Shown here: positions 23,086-36,911 of the stretch, in pieces
How positions within the stretch are numbered: position 1 is the first letter of the stretch
How the letters are laid out: each line of letters begins with the position of its first letter
Assembly (NCBI RefSeq): GCF_001194135.2
Contig: NC_068990.1
Coordinates: 16,471,103-16,535,102 of the forward strand
DNA: 64,000 nucleotides
Direction of reading: 5' to 3'
Source of the DNA: Octopus bimaculoides
Taxonomy: Eukaryota
Notes under the pieces: generated by a model
Told to the model about the DNA's origin: nothing
The model's database searches: none
The model's input: the letters and a program-made list of their open reading frames with translations, nothing else
Position numbers and translations under genes: made by a program

Positions 23086-24224
23086 CTTAACCATTGAGAA
23101 AAGAAGTGAAGCGATAGAGACTGAGAAAGGAAAGCCTCAGTCATTTAAAATGACAATTAGACTGNNNNNNNNNNNNNNNNNNNNNNNNNNNNNNNNNNNN
23201 NNNNNNNNNNNNNNNNNNNNNNNNNNNNNNNNNNNNNNNNNNNNNNNNNNNNNNNNNNNNNNNNNNNNNNNNNNNNNNNNNNNNNNNNNNNNNNNNNNNN
23301 NNNNNNNNNNNNNNNNNNNNNNNNNNNNNNNNNNNNNNNNNNNNNNNNNNNNNNNNNNNNNNNNNNNNNNNNNNNNNNNNNNNNNNNNNNNNNNNNNNNN
23401 NNNNNNNNNNNNNNNNNNNNNNNNNNNNNNNNNNNNNNNNNNNNNNNNNNNNNNNNNNNNNNNNNNNNNNNNNNNNNNNNNNNNNNNNNNNNNNNNNNNN
23501 NNNNNNNNNNNNNNNNNNNNNNNNNNNNNNNNNNNNNNNNNNNNNNNNNNNNNNNNNNNNNNNNNNNNNNNNNNNNNNNNNNNNNNNNNNNNNNNNNNNN
23601 NNNNNNNNNNNNNNNNNNNNNNNNNNNNNNNNNNNNNNNNNNNNNNNNNNNNNNNNNNNNNNNNNNNNNNNNNNNNNNNNNNNNNNNNNNNNNNNNNNNN
23701 NNNNNNNNNNNNNNNNNNNNNNNNNNNNNNNNNNNNNNNNNNNNNNNNNNNNNNNNNNNNNNNNNNNNNNNNNNNNNNNNNNNNNNNNNNNNNNNNNNNN
23801 NNNNNNNNNNNNNNNNNNNNNNNNNNNNNNNNNNNNNNNNNNNNNNNNNNNNNNNNNNNNNNNNNNNNNNNNNNNNNNNNNNNNNNNTATATATATATAT
23901 ATATATATATTTTGTCCAACCCATGCTAGCATGGAAAGCAGACGTTAAACGATGATGATATATATAAAACTATATATACGTATAAATATACGTACACTGG
24001 CAAACATTTTCCAAAGATTTTTAGTTATATTGCTTTTTACAGTTCATCCTAACATGCTGAGTTCAGAAATGCCCTGATTAAATTTTTTTTTTTTTTCCGT
24101 CCTTACAAAAATATGTCAATTTTGCCTTTAAATGCAATTTTGAAATAAGAAACTGACGCAAATCAAATAGTACTTTTTATTGTTTAATAAACATATTACA
24201 TAAAATGTTCAATTATACATCTTA

Positions 24225-26075
24225 GGATTTTTGTTAGCCCATTTGTAGGTTTCATTCAGGTCATTTTGCAGTTTTATATCCTCTGGATTCCTAACTACCT
24301 GTAATACTTTTGTCTTCAGCATAACTGGTCAGGTTGGCTGACTGTTTGGCAGAGGGCATGTCTGAGAGGGTCACCACAAATAGTAGTGGCCCCAGTACAG
24401 TTCCCTGTGGAACTCTGCTGAGAATTGGTGTCTCTTCAGAGGGAGCACCATTGGCTACAACCATCTGACTCCTGCCCTTCAGAAAATCATGCAGCCATTC
24501 TTCCAGTTTCTCGGTAATACCAAGGTTTCAAAGCTTGTGACATATCATGCCATGATCAACCTTGTCAAAAGCCTTGGCAAAGTCAAGGTATATCATGTCT
24601 ACAGTTGACTGGTTTAGCTGCTGCTTCAGTACCCAATCAAAGTGCTGCAGCAACTATGTGAGGCAGCTCCTCCCTGGACAGAAGCCATGTTGCATTTTGT
24701 GAGAAGGTTGTTTTCTAGGATCGTCATCAGCATTTTTCTGACAATGCTTTCCATTGTCTTGCTAACATGTGAGGTCAGAAAGATGGGCCTGTAATTTTTG
24801 ACATCTGCTCTGCTCCCTCCTTTATGGATAGGGCATATTATACCCTCTTTTAGCATGTTGGGAAGTTTACCACATGCAAGGAAACTCTGAAAGAGTATCT
24901 GCAGTGGTTTTGCAAGAGCCTTTTTACATGTCTTTAAGAGAACAGCCAGGAGTCCATCTGGGCTTGTTGCTTAGTTTGATCTGATCTCATCAATGGCTGA
25001 TATGACATCCTCTTCTGTCATGTTGATGTAATCGATGGTTGCCTCTTTTCTGAATAGATTTGTTACATTGAAAAACTCCTTCAGCTTGTTTGTTTGCATA
25101 TTCTCCAGTAGAGAAATGAAAACACTTTGGAATTGTTTATTAGTGCTTCACTTATCTTCCTCGGGTCTGCAGTTAGTGAGCCATTTTTATCAAATAGTGG
25201 CCCTATCTTATAACATACTGAGGCAGACTTCTTTGCCAATATGTAGAAGGCTTTAGGATTTCTTTTTATATTTTTGACTGCCCAGGTTTCTCTTTCTTCT
25301 TTTTCTTTTTCATGGGAAATTTTGAGCTTATTTTCTATCTCAGAGTTCCTCTGTCTGGTGGGATTTCACATTGTCATTAAAGTGTTTGTTTAAATGATTT
25401 GAGATCTTTATTCTCCACCACATGAGTATTCTCCAGTCTTGGAGAATGTTTTTGTATGTGTTGGCTCCCTTCTCTGGGACATATTTAATGCATATAGCTC
25501 ACATTATTGACATGAATTTATTGAGTTTCATATCTATGTGTTTCACAGAGAAGCTGGAGTATCTGTTTTTCAAGTGACTTCCAGTCAACCTTATAGAAAT
25601 TTAGGCTGGATAGGGTTTGAGCGCCATCTGTGCAGAGTCTATCTTTAGTTAATTCCGGGCCATACATTGTCAGTTCAATCATGTTATGGTCTGAGAATAT
25701 TGTTGGTGATATATTTACGTTGTGGATAATTTCCACATTGTTTGTAAAACAGAGGTCCAAGATATTTTTGTGCCTGGTTAGAGAGAGTAATGTTTTGCTT
25801 CGTGAATAGCATTTTTGTAAGATAAAGTAGAGATTCTGCTTGATTTCATTCTTTGTGTGTCATTCCTGGGGTTATATTGCCCTCAGGCCACCTGATGTTA
25901 GGGAAGTTGAAGTCACCCTTCAGGAATATAGTAGTACGATGATCCAATTGTGTTAGTATTTCCTTTATTGCACTGAAGCTTTCCTCAAATTCATGTTAAA
26001 TTTCCTTTAGAAATCTTCCCTGAGGATATACACAATTCACTGGTATCATATATGGAATTTTATTTCTGAAATTAA
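24225..26075 (-). mobile_element. Decayed CR1/L2/Jockey-group LINE ORF2 (AP endonuclease + RT)
   Basis: - strand motifs GDFNFPNIRW, LDLCFTN, SDHNMI (APE); NYRPIFLTSHVSK, YLDFAKAFDKVDH, VPQGTVLGPLLF, YAED, LQNDL (RT), with stops and frameshifts. Confidence 0.85.
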
Positions 26076-26127
26076 AGAATTGTGTAGGAAAACAGCTGTA
26101 TGTAGGATTTTCTATATATAATTTTGA

Positions 26128-26980
26128 ATCATCATCTTCATTTAACGTCCACTTTCCATGCTGGCATGGGTTAGATGGTTTGACTGAGGGCTGGCAAGCC
26201 AGAAGGTTGCACCAGGCTTCAATCCAATCTAGCAATGTTTCTACAACTGGGGGCCCTTCCTAACACCAACCACTCCAAGAGTGTAGTGGGTGCTTTTTAC
26301 ATGCCACTGGCACAAGGGCCAACCAAGCAGTACTGGCATTGGCCACACTCGAATGGTTCTTTTTACGTGCCACCGGCATGGGGGCCAGTCAGGCAGCACT
26401 GGCAATGACCACACTTGAATGATGCTTATTATGTTTCACCAGCACGGGACCAGTCAGCCAGCACTGGCATTGACCATGTTCGAATGATGCTTTATACGTG
26501 CCAATCGGCCACGACAAAGACTTACTTCAACAGGTCTTCGCAAGCACAGTTTATTGCCCAATGATTGAAGGGTCCTCTTAAATGGGCTGGTTATGTTGCA
26601 CTGGCATAGGCCATGGTTACGGTCTCACTTGGCTTGCTGAGTCTTCTCAAGCACAGCATATCTCCAAAGGTCTCAATCACTTGTCATCGCTTCGGTGAGG
26701 CCCAATGTTTGAAGGTCATACTTCACCACCTCATCCCAGGCCTTCTTGGGTCTACCTACCTCTTCCACAGGTTCCCTCTGCTGCTAGGATGTGGCACTTT
26801 TGCATCCAGCTGTCCTTATCCATATGCAACACATGACCATAACTGTGCAGTCATTTCCCTTGCACACAACATCTGATGTATCTTATGTCCAACTTTTCTC
26901 TCAGGGTGCTTACACACTGTCGTGTATGCACACTGACATTACATATCCAGCGGAGCATACTAGCTTCATTCCTTGCAAGT
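26128..26980 (-). mobile_element. RTE LINE 3' fragment with tandemly repeated 3' UTR
   Basis: CAT-repeat tail, shared 3' UTR, three ~65-bp subrepeats (26285-26510), then antisense RT C-terminus. Confidence 0.8.
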
Positions 26981-27265
26981 GACTATGGTGCTGCTACACC
27001 CCAGTCATTGCGTATGACTCTTTCATGTATTCAGCACACTCTCTTTCTCCCATTGATTCTCTTCGTTTTGCAACCTTTCATAGTGGTGTCTCCAAGTCTC
27101 TCTCCGTGCTGCCTCATTAAATGCAAGTGAGCCATCATCCATGCGGATACTTTTTTTTCCTATGACATCATGATACTCTCTCACATACTATCTTGCAACA
27201 TGAAACATGTCTTTAGATAAAAACATCTGTATGTAAATTTTTTTCATTTTATTATTTTAAAGTGT

Positions 27266-27336
<71 letters not shown>

Positions 27337-29810
27337 CGTGCATGCGTGTTTTACACTATTGTTACACTATGAATGATATACCTTCCTTATTCCAGCTTCT
27401 CTAAAGTTAAAAATTTAATTTAATGTAATGAAACAGACTCTTGTGTCTTGACTATGTCATAATGATAAGATCCAACCAGATTAAATTAGCAGCTACATAT
27501 GAATGTTAAGCATTCTTTGATTAAAGGAAAGAAAATTTAATCAATTAAATAATTGCTTAAGATAATATTCTGTATTCCTTTTCACTTCACTAATCAGGGA
27601 GGAGATATAAGATTTGGATTTCTGGCCAGATGAGTCTCCCGTCGAGCATGGAGATGAACAATCAGTCAATCAAGAGATAACATTTGGATAATATTCATCA
27701 ATTTAAAGATAGTACAATATAATGGTAATCCTGTTCAGTTGTCTGGGGTAGTCTGCAAGGCTGACAGTATCACTTACAGGATGAGTAGACTAGCAAACCT
27801 GAAATTCTTGTACTGTGGCCAGCATAGGCCCAAGCTGACCAAAGCCTTGTGAATGGATTTGATAGACAGAAGACTGAAAGAAGCTCGTGTGAGTGAGAGA
27901 GAGTTTGCATTTCTCATCTGTATGTGTGATCATTCATTGATTATAAATAGTTTGCTTGCAGTTCACCATGGAAACATGCTTAAGCTTTCTAACAGGTCTT
28001 GACATGTTGTAAATAGTGAAAAAAAAAAGAAAGCTCATTCAAAAACAGTGTCATATTTGTTTCAACATGTCCAGGCTGTTTTTTGATGGACTAGGAGATT
28101 ATTACTTCCCTTGAAACAAATGAGGTTTGGTGACAGGAAGGGTCTCTGGCCTCAGAAATCTCTGCTTGAACATGCTCTCATTTGACCCATGCAAGCATGA
28201 AAAAGTTGACAGTAAAACAATGGTGATGTTGATATTTTATGGTAGCATTGAAAATATCATATGAGAGTGAATAAATATATGTCAACTTGCCTACATGTTC
28301 TCAAATTACTGATATTCGTGAAGAATTCTTACAAAGCAGAAACTCGTGTTTGTAATATGAAAGTACTTTACATGCTAGTTCTGTTTACACAGCTACAGCT
28401 GTATATGTAAATACACACACACACACACACACCTGCAGAAATGTAGGCAGGGACACTCATTCAGATCTCCTTTTGGCTTGTACACTTTGAAAAATATATA
28501 ACTATTTCAGTTATTAAGACTTTTGTTACTATATTTCTGTTGAAATACACTTTTATTTCAGTTAATTTTTAAAATAATGAATTTGGTAAAATAATTTGAT
28601 CATTATCAAGCTGATATTTGGAATATAAATTAACCTAGAATTTTGAAGGAGGGTTATATTTTAGTTCACTTTAAAGCAAGAAGTATGTATCATTGAATCT
28701 GGAGCAGTGTGTTGGTATCAAAATGGAAGTCATGTCCTACCATCATTGGATGATGTAGTCTGTGATTTACAATGATTAAATGAAAAAATAACTGAATTGT
28801 TTTGGCTGAGATGTCTTTGATATTATATATCCCTTTGATATTATATATCTGTAGGAGTATTGTGGTTTTGTTACAATTAATTTTTTTAAATAATAAATTT
28901 AGTTAAATACCTTTGTCATTACTAAGCTGGTGTTTGGAACATAAATTAGGAGGATGGTTTTTAGATTGTATGAACATATAAGTCAAGTAAAGAAAGACAA
29001 CATGCATAATACACAGAATTAAAGACAGAAAGATAGAAAAGTGAACAGTGAAAAAGCCATAAAAAGGAAAAGGTGCATAGGCACATTAGGAATAGTAGTG
29101 GTGAATTTCAAGAAGTATGGAATTTTTGAAGAATACTATGTCCCAACAGTTAATAATCGATGGGGGTAGTGTTTTTCATGCTCAAGAATCCTGAGTGTGA
29201 AAACACATTTCCAGAAGTCATGTGTGTTGCACTGTTCTTTGATTTTAGAAGCTTGTCCATAAAATGGTAGAAGTACTTAATTCAAAAAGGTGGCCAAAGT
29301 TGTTTTTGGAAAGTGAGTGGATAATCTTGTGGGCTTCTATCAAGTCAGCTGCTTGATGTCAAAACTTTAATATGTCAATGCTCAAAGAAGCGATATGTTG
29401 AAGGTATGGTAAGTGACTGATGGGGTATTTGGCTGTATGTTTCTCGATAGCTTTCAACAGATCTATTCTCTGGACAAAATGACAGTTCTGGGCTGAAGAT
29501 GCACCCTATGTGAATGTATTATAACTATAATTGGAAAGGTCAGAATTACTACCTTCTTTAGCAGTCACATCAGTGAATGATCTTTGGTGACATCCATGAC
29601 AAGAATTGTTTGCTTCAAATTTTTATGGGAAAATACAAAGGTGGTTTTTATGCAACATTCTTTCAGATGTTTTGTTTATCTTTATTCCATTTCCCTACCA
29701 CATGGTTTTAGGTTCAGTCACATTACATGCCACCTTGAGCAAGGCTCTTCTACTATAGTCCTGGGCCAACCAAATCCTTGATTTGGAAGACAGCAACTGA
29801 AGGAAGCCTA

Positions 29811-29851
<41 letters not shown>

Positions 29852-31785
29852 CAGATAGTTGTCCATAAGTCAGGAAAAAATAACCACTCTAAAAGAGAAG
29901 CAGAGCAGTTATATATTTAAATTGCTGAGCAGGATATGACTAGTTATGGTATATAACTGGTTAGAATTTTACTGACAATTTCACAGAAACTATTGTACTT
30001 GGCAATAGTGACAACTTCTCAGACATGTCAACTGAAAGTGCAAAGCCTCTTTCATGCTGGAGGTAAATATATAGTCTTGGTTGGCTCAGTGTTGATAAAA
30101 AGAACTGTAATGATAAATTGTGTTTACAGGCAGGAAGGTAAAATTGCCTCCCATGGATCAATGGGTGAAGAGTCATGGCTGAAGAGTATCAGCTATATGT
30201 GTGTACATGTCTGTTCTCTAGTTTAAAAATGAGGATGACCATTTTGCCAAAACACATTTCCATTCATGAGGGAAGCATTCAAATATTTCACTTTTTGAGT
30301 TCGGGAAGCATCTAGATTGTGTGATTTTTTTCTATTATTTTTTTAAAAAATGATTCTCTCATCTGTCAAGCAAAGTTTGCAATGTCTACTTCCATTCAGA
30401 AATAGTCTAAGCCATTCTAGCAGTTTTTTGTTGGTTTTGTAATGTTCCTTCTTTTAATTGCCACAATATAATTGATTAACTTTGTAACAATGCACCTCTC
30501 CTGGATTCTAAGTGTATCTGTGATTATTTAGCCTGCCCCATCATGTGTGTGTTTGTGGGTTGTTGGATGACATCACTTTTGCTTTATGTTGCTTTGACAT
30601 TCACTATCAACCCCACATGAACATCCTGCCTCTGCTCAGGACCTTGGGTCATTCTGTGATAGTTTTTTTACATTAGATGTACAACTGAATGAGATCCTTA
30701 AATTATACCTTTTGAATATTTTCCTATACATATGGCCCTGTGTAAAATGCTTATCCACTAATTTAGGGAAGGCACTTCCCATGCTAGTTTTCACATTGCA
30801 TGAGAAAGGTGGATAAACTAGAAGCCCTTATGGCAGTGTTCTCTTGTGAGTGTTATGAATTCTGTCTGATTCATTCAAGCATGGAAAAGTGGATGTTAAA
30901 AACAATGATGATGAGATATATATAGGGGGGGGGGGATTTATATACATGTAAGTTTACATGTGTATGTTTGTGGCTAATTGGCTGAGTTGTTAGAGCATAA
31001 GGTAGTGATTGTAGTAATTCTTCCAGCTCTCTGTGCACTGAGTTCAAATACCATCAACTTCATCTTTCTAATTGGGGGTCAGTAAATAAAATACCTGATG
31101 TTGTTTTGTCACTTTCTTTTTTTTTTATCCTTCTGGAAGAAATTAACAAGGATTTGAAGAGGAACAAGTTCTGCAAGATTTAAAATGTCCCTATGACTCC
31201 ATCAATGTGTTAAAAGCCCATGGCATGAAATGGCATACATGAATTTCCAAGATACATTGAGTGCATTTGTGTATTTTTATGCATACATACATGCATACAT
31301 AACTGCAGCTGTGTAAAGAGAACTGTCCAGTTTTATATTAATGCTTTATATAATCTAAATCCATATGTATAAATATAATTGTTCAAACTGACCTCATCTT
31401 ACTCAGCTCAAGTTACATCAATTGACTGTTGTGGTCATTAATTGTATTTTGTTAAATGAGTGTTTAGTTGATGATGATGGTTTTGTGTGAAAAAAATGCA
31501 ATCTGTATGATAAGAGGTGATGATTATGATAATGATGATGGTTATGACTGACGGTATGTGTTGATAGTGGAAGTTACGGTGATGATGATAGCATTGGTTG
31601 TTGTGATAATGGTAGTCGTGATGGCAATGATGGTTGTTTTAGTGATGAAGATAATTATGATATATTGATGAAGTTTATGTGAAGAATATCTTTAATTCTG
31701 ATGGATTGCAATGATGATGGGGTGTATCTCCTGTTATATTCTTGCTTCATGTTACTTTATCTATGCTTTTTCACTTCCTTTTCAG

Positions 31786-31909
31786 TTATTTCTCTCAGAA
31801 AGAGCTCCTTGATCGGATACCAAACTGCTTCTTAGTTCTGGGAATTATTTTCTCCATTTTCACCTTTGTTGGTGGCATGTTAAACTGCACACCACCCTCA
31901 GAAGAGAAG
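31786..31909 (+). CDS. MFS transporter exon 5 (YFSQKELLDRIPNCFLVLGIIFSIFTFVGGMLNCTPPSEEK)
   Basis: TTTCAG acceptor, GTATTT donor, phase 2 to 0. Confidence 0.9.
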
Positions 31910-32143
31910 GTATTTGTCTTCTTTTGTTCTTTAACTTTTCAGTGTTTAGTTTGACTTAACCGTTTTTACCAGAGGCAAGGCTGTGTGATTAAGAAATTCA
32001 CTACTTTCCAACCATGTGGTTTCAGGTTCAGTCCGACAGTACAGCACCTTGGGCAAGTGTCTTCTACTATTGCTTCAGGCCAACCAAAGCTTTAAGAGTG
32101 GATTTGTTTGACAGAAACTGAAAGTTTGTTGTGTGTGTAATGC

Positions 32144-32856
32144 CATCATCATCATTTAGCATCTGTTGTCTATGCTGGCATGGGTTGGACGGTTTGACCA
32201 GAGCTGGAAAGCTGCATCAGGCTCCAGTCTGATTTGGCATGGTTTCTACAGCTGAGTACCCTTCCTAATGCCAACTACTCCAAGAGTGTAATAGGTGCTT
32301 TTACATACCACTGGCATGGGTGCCATTTGTGTGGCACCAGTATCCGCCATGACTGTGATTTTACTTGGTTTGATGGGTCTTCTTCTGAAGCACAGCATAA
32401 TGCCAAAGATCTCAGACATTTGTCATTTCCTCCGTAAAGCCCAACACATGAAAAGTGCTTTTCACATACCACTGGCATTGGCCACTTTGCCTCCATGGGG
32501 CCCAATGCCCAAAAAGTGCTTTTTTACATGCCACCAGCATGGATGCCAATTATGTGACACCAGCATCAGCCACAACTACAATTTCACTTGGCTTGATGGG
32601 TTTCAAGCACAGCATATCGCCAAAGATCTCAATCACTAGTCATTGTCTCTGTGAAGCCCAAAGTTTGAAGATCATGCCTCACTACCTCGTTCCATGTCTT
32701 GCTGGGTTTACCTCTACCACAGGTTCCCTCCATAGCTAGAGATCAGCACTTCTTTACACAGCTGTCCTTGTCCATACACATCACATGACCATACCAGCGC
32801 AGTCGTCTCTCTTGCACACCACATCTGATGCCTCTTATGCCCAACTTTTGTCTCAA
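32144..32856 (-). mobile_element. Older RTE LINE 3' fragment
   Basis: Same tail, UTR and RT C-terminus, more diverged. Confidence 0.75.
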
Positions 32857-33486
32857 GTGTGTGCGTGTGTATGTATATATATATATTGTGTGTATGTGTA
32901 TATATTTATATATATGAAACCATACATTTGTGTTTGTGTATTTTAGATTTGTGCTCTACAAAAGTTGCAGGCTACAAGTTGTTATCCCTTCTGTCGTCAA
33001 ATTGTTCCCATGCTTCATCATACCTTTGAAGACATGTGAAATAAGAAATCCATTACTTGAAAAACAGGTTAGGGTTAGCAAAGAAATTGGCATCCAGTAG
33101 TAAAACAATACTTCAATAATATATCCTTCTAACCATGGAAAAAAAACAAATGGAAAAAAAACTAATGAAATATTGAGTGAAAATAACTGTGCAGCTACCT
33201 AGACTTATTTAATTTTGCTTTTAGAATTCTGTTAATGTATTACTGAGTTTGAAGGGTTTCTGAGCTATAAATAAAATGACATGTATTAAGTGGCAGAAAA
33301 AATTAATCATAAAACTCAATTTCTGAACAGCTACTTTCATAACAGATTTTGATGCCTATTATACCTGCATCTAAAAAGATGTCCTATCTTACTTGGCATA
33401 GGCTTAGTCTCTTCTTCAAGGGAACAGGGGTATTTATTTTTCTGCTTAATACCATTATACTAGAACCAACTAGAAGTTATTTCCCA

Positions 33487-33739
33487 TTAATTCTCTTGTT
33501 ACCAGATTTCTGTTGAAATACACTGCTTTTGTGTGTCATTTAATTTTTAGAATAACAAAGAATTTAGTAAAATAATTTTGTCATCATTAAATTGATGTTT
33601 GGAACATAAATTAACGTGAAATTCTGATGGAAGAAAAATATTTACTTTTGATTACTTTGGAATCAGAAGTTTGTGTTAAAGAACCAAAAGCAATCTCAGG
33701 TGGGTTGGTATCATCATTTAACATCTGTAAAAGGGTTAA
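33487..33739. mobile_element. piggyBac-like MITE (TTAA-flanked, ...AAAAGGG-TTAA end)
   Basis: Shares the body TTTCTGTTGAAATACAC...GGAACATAAATTAAC with copies at 33784, 34229, ~17290, ~28520 and ~63340. Confidence 0.65.
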
Positions 33740-33783
33740 ATTGTTTTGACAACAGTCTGGGATGCTTTTGAATATAGGTTTCT

Positions 33784-33992
33784 TTAAACCCTTTTCTTAC
33801 CATGTTTCTGTCAAAATACACTACTTTGCTTCAATTAATTTTGAACATTTACTAAAATAACTTTGTTATCATTAAGTTTGTGTTTATAAAATAACATGAA
33901 ATTTTGACTGAGGGTTTTAATTTAGAACTTTAAAACATGAAATTTATATCATAGTTCCAGTCTTGGACCTTTTGGTATTAAAAGTCATTAAT
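33784..33992. mobile_element. piggyBac-like MITE, second adjacent copy
   Basis: CCCTTTTCTTACC start, same body, degenerate right end. Confidence 0.6.
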
Positions 33993-34228
33993 ATGTCTGT
34001 AAAAACAGATACAGTTAACATGAACATATATAGTGTTCATCTATATTTTACATTCTCCTGAACATGAGAGACATTCATTGCTCAGAGGAAAATTTCTCAA
34101 TAGACTTTTTGTGTAAAAGCACACATCAATTCAGGCTCTGAATGATGTCAGCAGACAGCCATTGCTTTAGTCATCATTGGTTTGTGTGCTTGACATAAAT
34201 ATATTGCATTACTTCAAATGTTAAGGGG

Positions 34229-34702
34229 TTAACCCTTTTGTTACCAAATTTGCCTTGGATTCAATTAATTTTGAAAATAATATGGAATTTAGTAAAATGA
34301 CATTGTCAGCATTAAGATGATATTTGGAACATAAGTTAACATGAAACTTTGGTAGAAAATTTAAATTTCTGACTGGCTTCCATGCTGGTGGCATGTAAAA
34401 AGTACCATTTGGGCATGGTCGATGCCAGTGCCACCTGACTGGCCCCCATGCTGGTGGCACGTAAAAGGCACCCACTATACTCTCTGAGTGGTTGGCGTTA
34501 GTAAGGGTATCCAGCTGTAGAAACTTTACCAGATCAGATTGGAGCTTGTGCAGCCTCCTGGTTTGCCAGTCCTCAGTCAAACTGTCCAACCCATGCCAGC
34601 ATGGAAAGCAGATGTTAAATGATGATGATGATCACTTTAAAACAGAAAGTTTGTATCATAGAACCAAGAGAAGTCTCAAATGGATTGGTATCAAAAGAGT
34701 AA
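34229..34702. mobile_element. piggyBac-like MITE interrupted by an RTE 3' end (~34370-34632, + strand, (GAT)n tail)
   Basis: TTAACCCTTTTGTTACC at 34229; the MITE body resumes at ~34633 (CACTTTAAAACAGAAAGTTTGTATCATAG) and ends GGTATCAAAAGAGTAA. Confidence 0.7.
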
Positions 34703-35667
34703 AACAGTTGGACATCTTTTGCCCAAGGCAAAAATTCTAAATTTAGTGATAGTTGATTGTACTGCTAAACTCTACCAGTAATTGAGGGATTATGAACAAC
34801 TTATCAATTTAATGAGTTAATAGTATGACTGATTACTAGCCAAAGGGAAATGGGTGGTAGCTCATGTGTTGTCATTAGTATTACATGTGATTGTGATCAA
34901 GATATAACTTTTGGTGTTTCAGTTCACATAACTGCAAATATGTAAATGCCACAAGATGATACATCTATATCTACAATTCTAGTCACAACTAGAATCTTTT
35001 ATAAAAAATATTAAATTGACTTAATATTTGGTTTGTACTTTACTTACTCAACTTCTATAAAGTTGATTTTAATTTGGAACATAAAAGGAAACAATTAAAT
35101 ATTATAGTCATTTTATCTGACTTGCTAACAATTCTGTTAATCTACTCATTAAGTTGAGACCCTTGTTGACTTAGTATTTCATTCATGTGTGATACTGAGT
35201 CAATCTACTCTCATGTATAGTATGATAAGGAAACTTTCAAATTTTGACACAGAGCCTGCAGTTTTAGGGGAAGTGGATTTGTCAGTTAATGACCCCAGCA
35301 TTTGACCAGCAAAGTTGATGTGAGCAAAATTTGAATTCGGAACAATGAATTGGAGGAAACAGTTCTAGACATTTTGTTCAATGCCCTAACAATTCTGCCA
35401 GCACATCACCTTAAAATTGTTCCTAATATAGGCACAAAGCCTGGATCTTGGGGAGAAAGGGTTAATAGGTACCATCATTCACAGAGGGATAAAGGGCTTA
35501 TTGTATACAGTACTCAGATACACTATAACATGGGGAGGGATGGAGTTCACTGGCCTGGTTTATCTCAGATGCATAACACAGCTACTAAGTCTTTGGTGGT
35601 GGTCGCACAAACCAATAATTTAAGGGTTTACAAAATGCAATGAAGATATATATTTTTTTCAATTTAG

Positions 35668-35795
35668 ATCCCTGATACCATCTTGCTACCATTAACCAAA
35701 AATGCTAATTATGATGAAAATGAAGAGGAAGAAGATGAGGATGAAGAGCATATAGAATACGACCGGCAGTTAATTCAGAAGCCTGAAACTAAGAA
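35668..35795 (+). CDS. MFS transporter exon 6, acidic central loop (IPDTILLPLTKNANYDENEEEEDEDEEHIEYDRQLIQKPETK)
   Basis: TTTAG acceptor, GTAAGT donor, phase 0 to 2, which is the phase change required between exons 5 and 7. Confidence 0.8.
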
Positions 35796-36790
35796 GTAAG
35801 TAATGAAGATATATTTATTATTTATAATATTTTCTATGTGGTAGAGTATGTTTCTAGAAATACCTTGCACTACTATATATTTTATATATTTCCAATGAGG
35901 TATGGTATGCATTCAGAAACACACTACACTATCATCATCATCTTCATTAATTAATGCCCATTTTCCATGCTGGCATAGGTTGCATGATTCAACAGGAGCT
36001 GGTATGGCCAGGGTACTACACCAGGCTCCATTTTCTGTTTTGACATGGTTTCTATAGCTTGATGACCTTCATAAGACCAACCACTTTGCAGAGTGTACTG
36101 AGTGTTTTTTATGTGGCAATTAATTTCTCAAGAACCCTCTCTTTGTCTCTTTGCTCTCCATCTCTAAAACCTTTATCTGCAGAATTTCAGATTGGAAAAT
36201 CTGACATATTAAGTATGGCAACTTGACTATGCTAACCTAATCCACCCAGTTTGGGTAGAACTAATATGTCTGTGATCATTGTTGTTCTTCCTCTGATTAA
36301 ATGATAAAGAAAGAAAAAACACTTTGCTTCTTCATTGTTGTTGTCAGCATTATGACTAAATGCGTTCCAACCATGGCCATATCCTAGGGCTACATTGTTG
36401 AAGGTATCCTTATTTTTTAAAGTGGTAATGTGATTTGTGGGAGATTTAGGGGCCACATAGAAAGCCCATTGTTAGCTCATTAACTGTTGAATCCATTAGT
36501 AACTATTACAACCACCACAATCACCATACTATTATCACTACTTCTAGGACTACTTTTACAACAACTATTACTATATTGCCCATTACGACCATCACCATAT
36601 ATACTATTACAACTATAATCATAGTACTGACACTACCCTGGCAATCACCACTGCTGTACTATGCTACCATCACACAATCATCACCTCTACTATACCATTT
36701 CCATTTTGATACAATAGCCACAAACACCACCACCATTGATGCTGCTGCTGTTACTACTACTACTATCATTACTATTACTTCTTTCTCAAG

Positions 36791-36911
36791 GGAATCAGAA
36801 GAGAGAGAAATAACACCAAAAATGGCATTAAAGACACGGCAGTTCTACCTCCTCTGGTTGATATTGCTCTTCTTAAACCAAAGCACAGATTTCTTCTCAT
36901 CATTATACAAG
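36791..36911 (+). CDS. MFS transporter exon 7 (ESEEREITPKMALKTRQFYLLWLILLFLNQSTDFFSSLYK)
   Basis: CTTTCTCAAG acceptor, GTAATG donor, phase 2 to 0; TPxxxLKTxxFYxLW motif before TM7. Confidence 0.92.

Noticed and set aside
31460-31720. (GAT)n and, at 36500-36780, (ACT/ACC)n tracts next to MFS exons as coding extensions
   Set aside because: They lie upstream of clear acceptors, and exon phases close without them.
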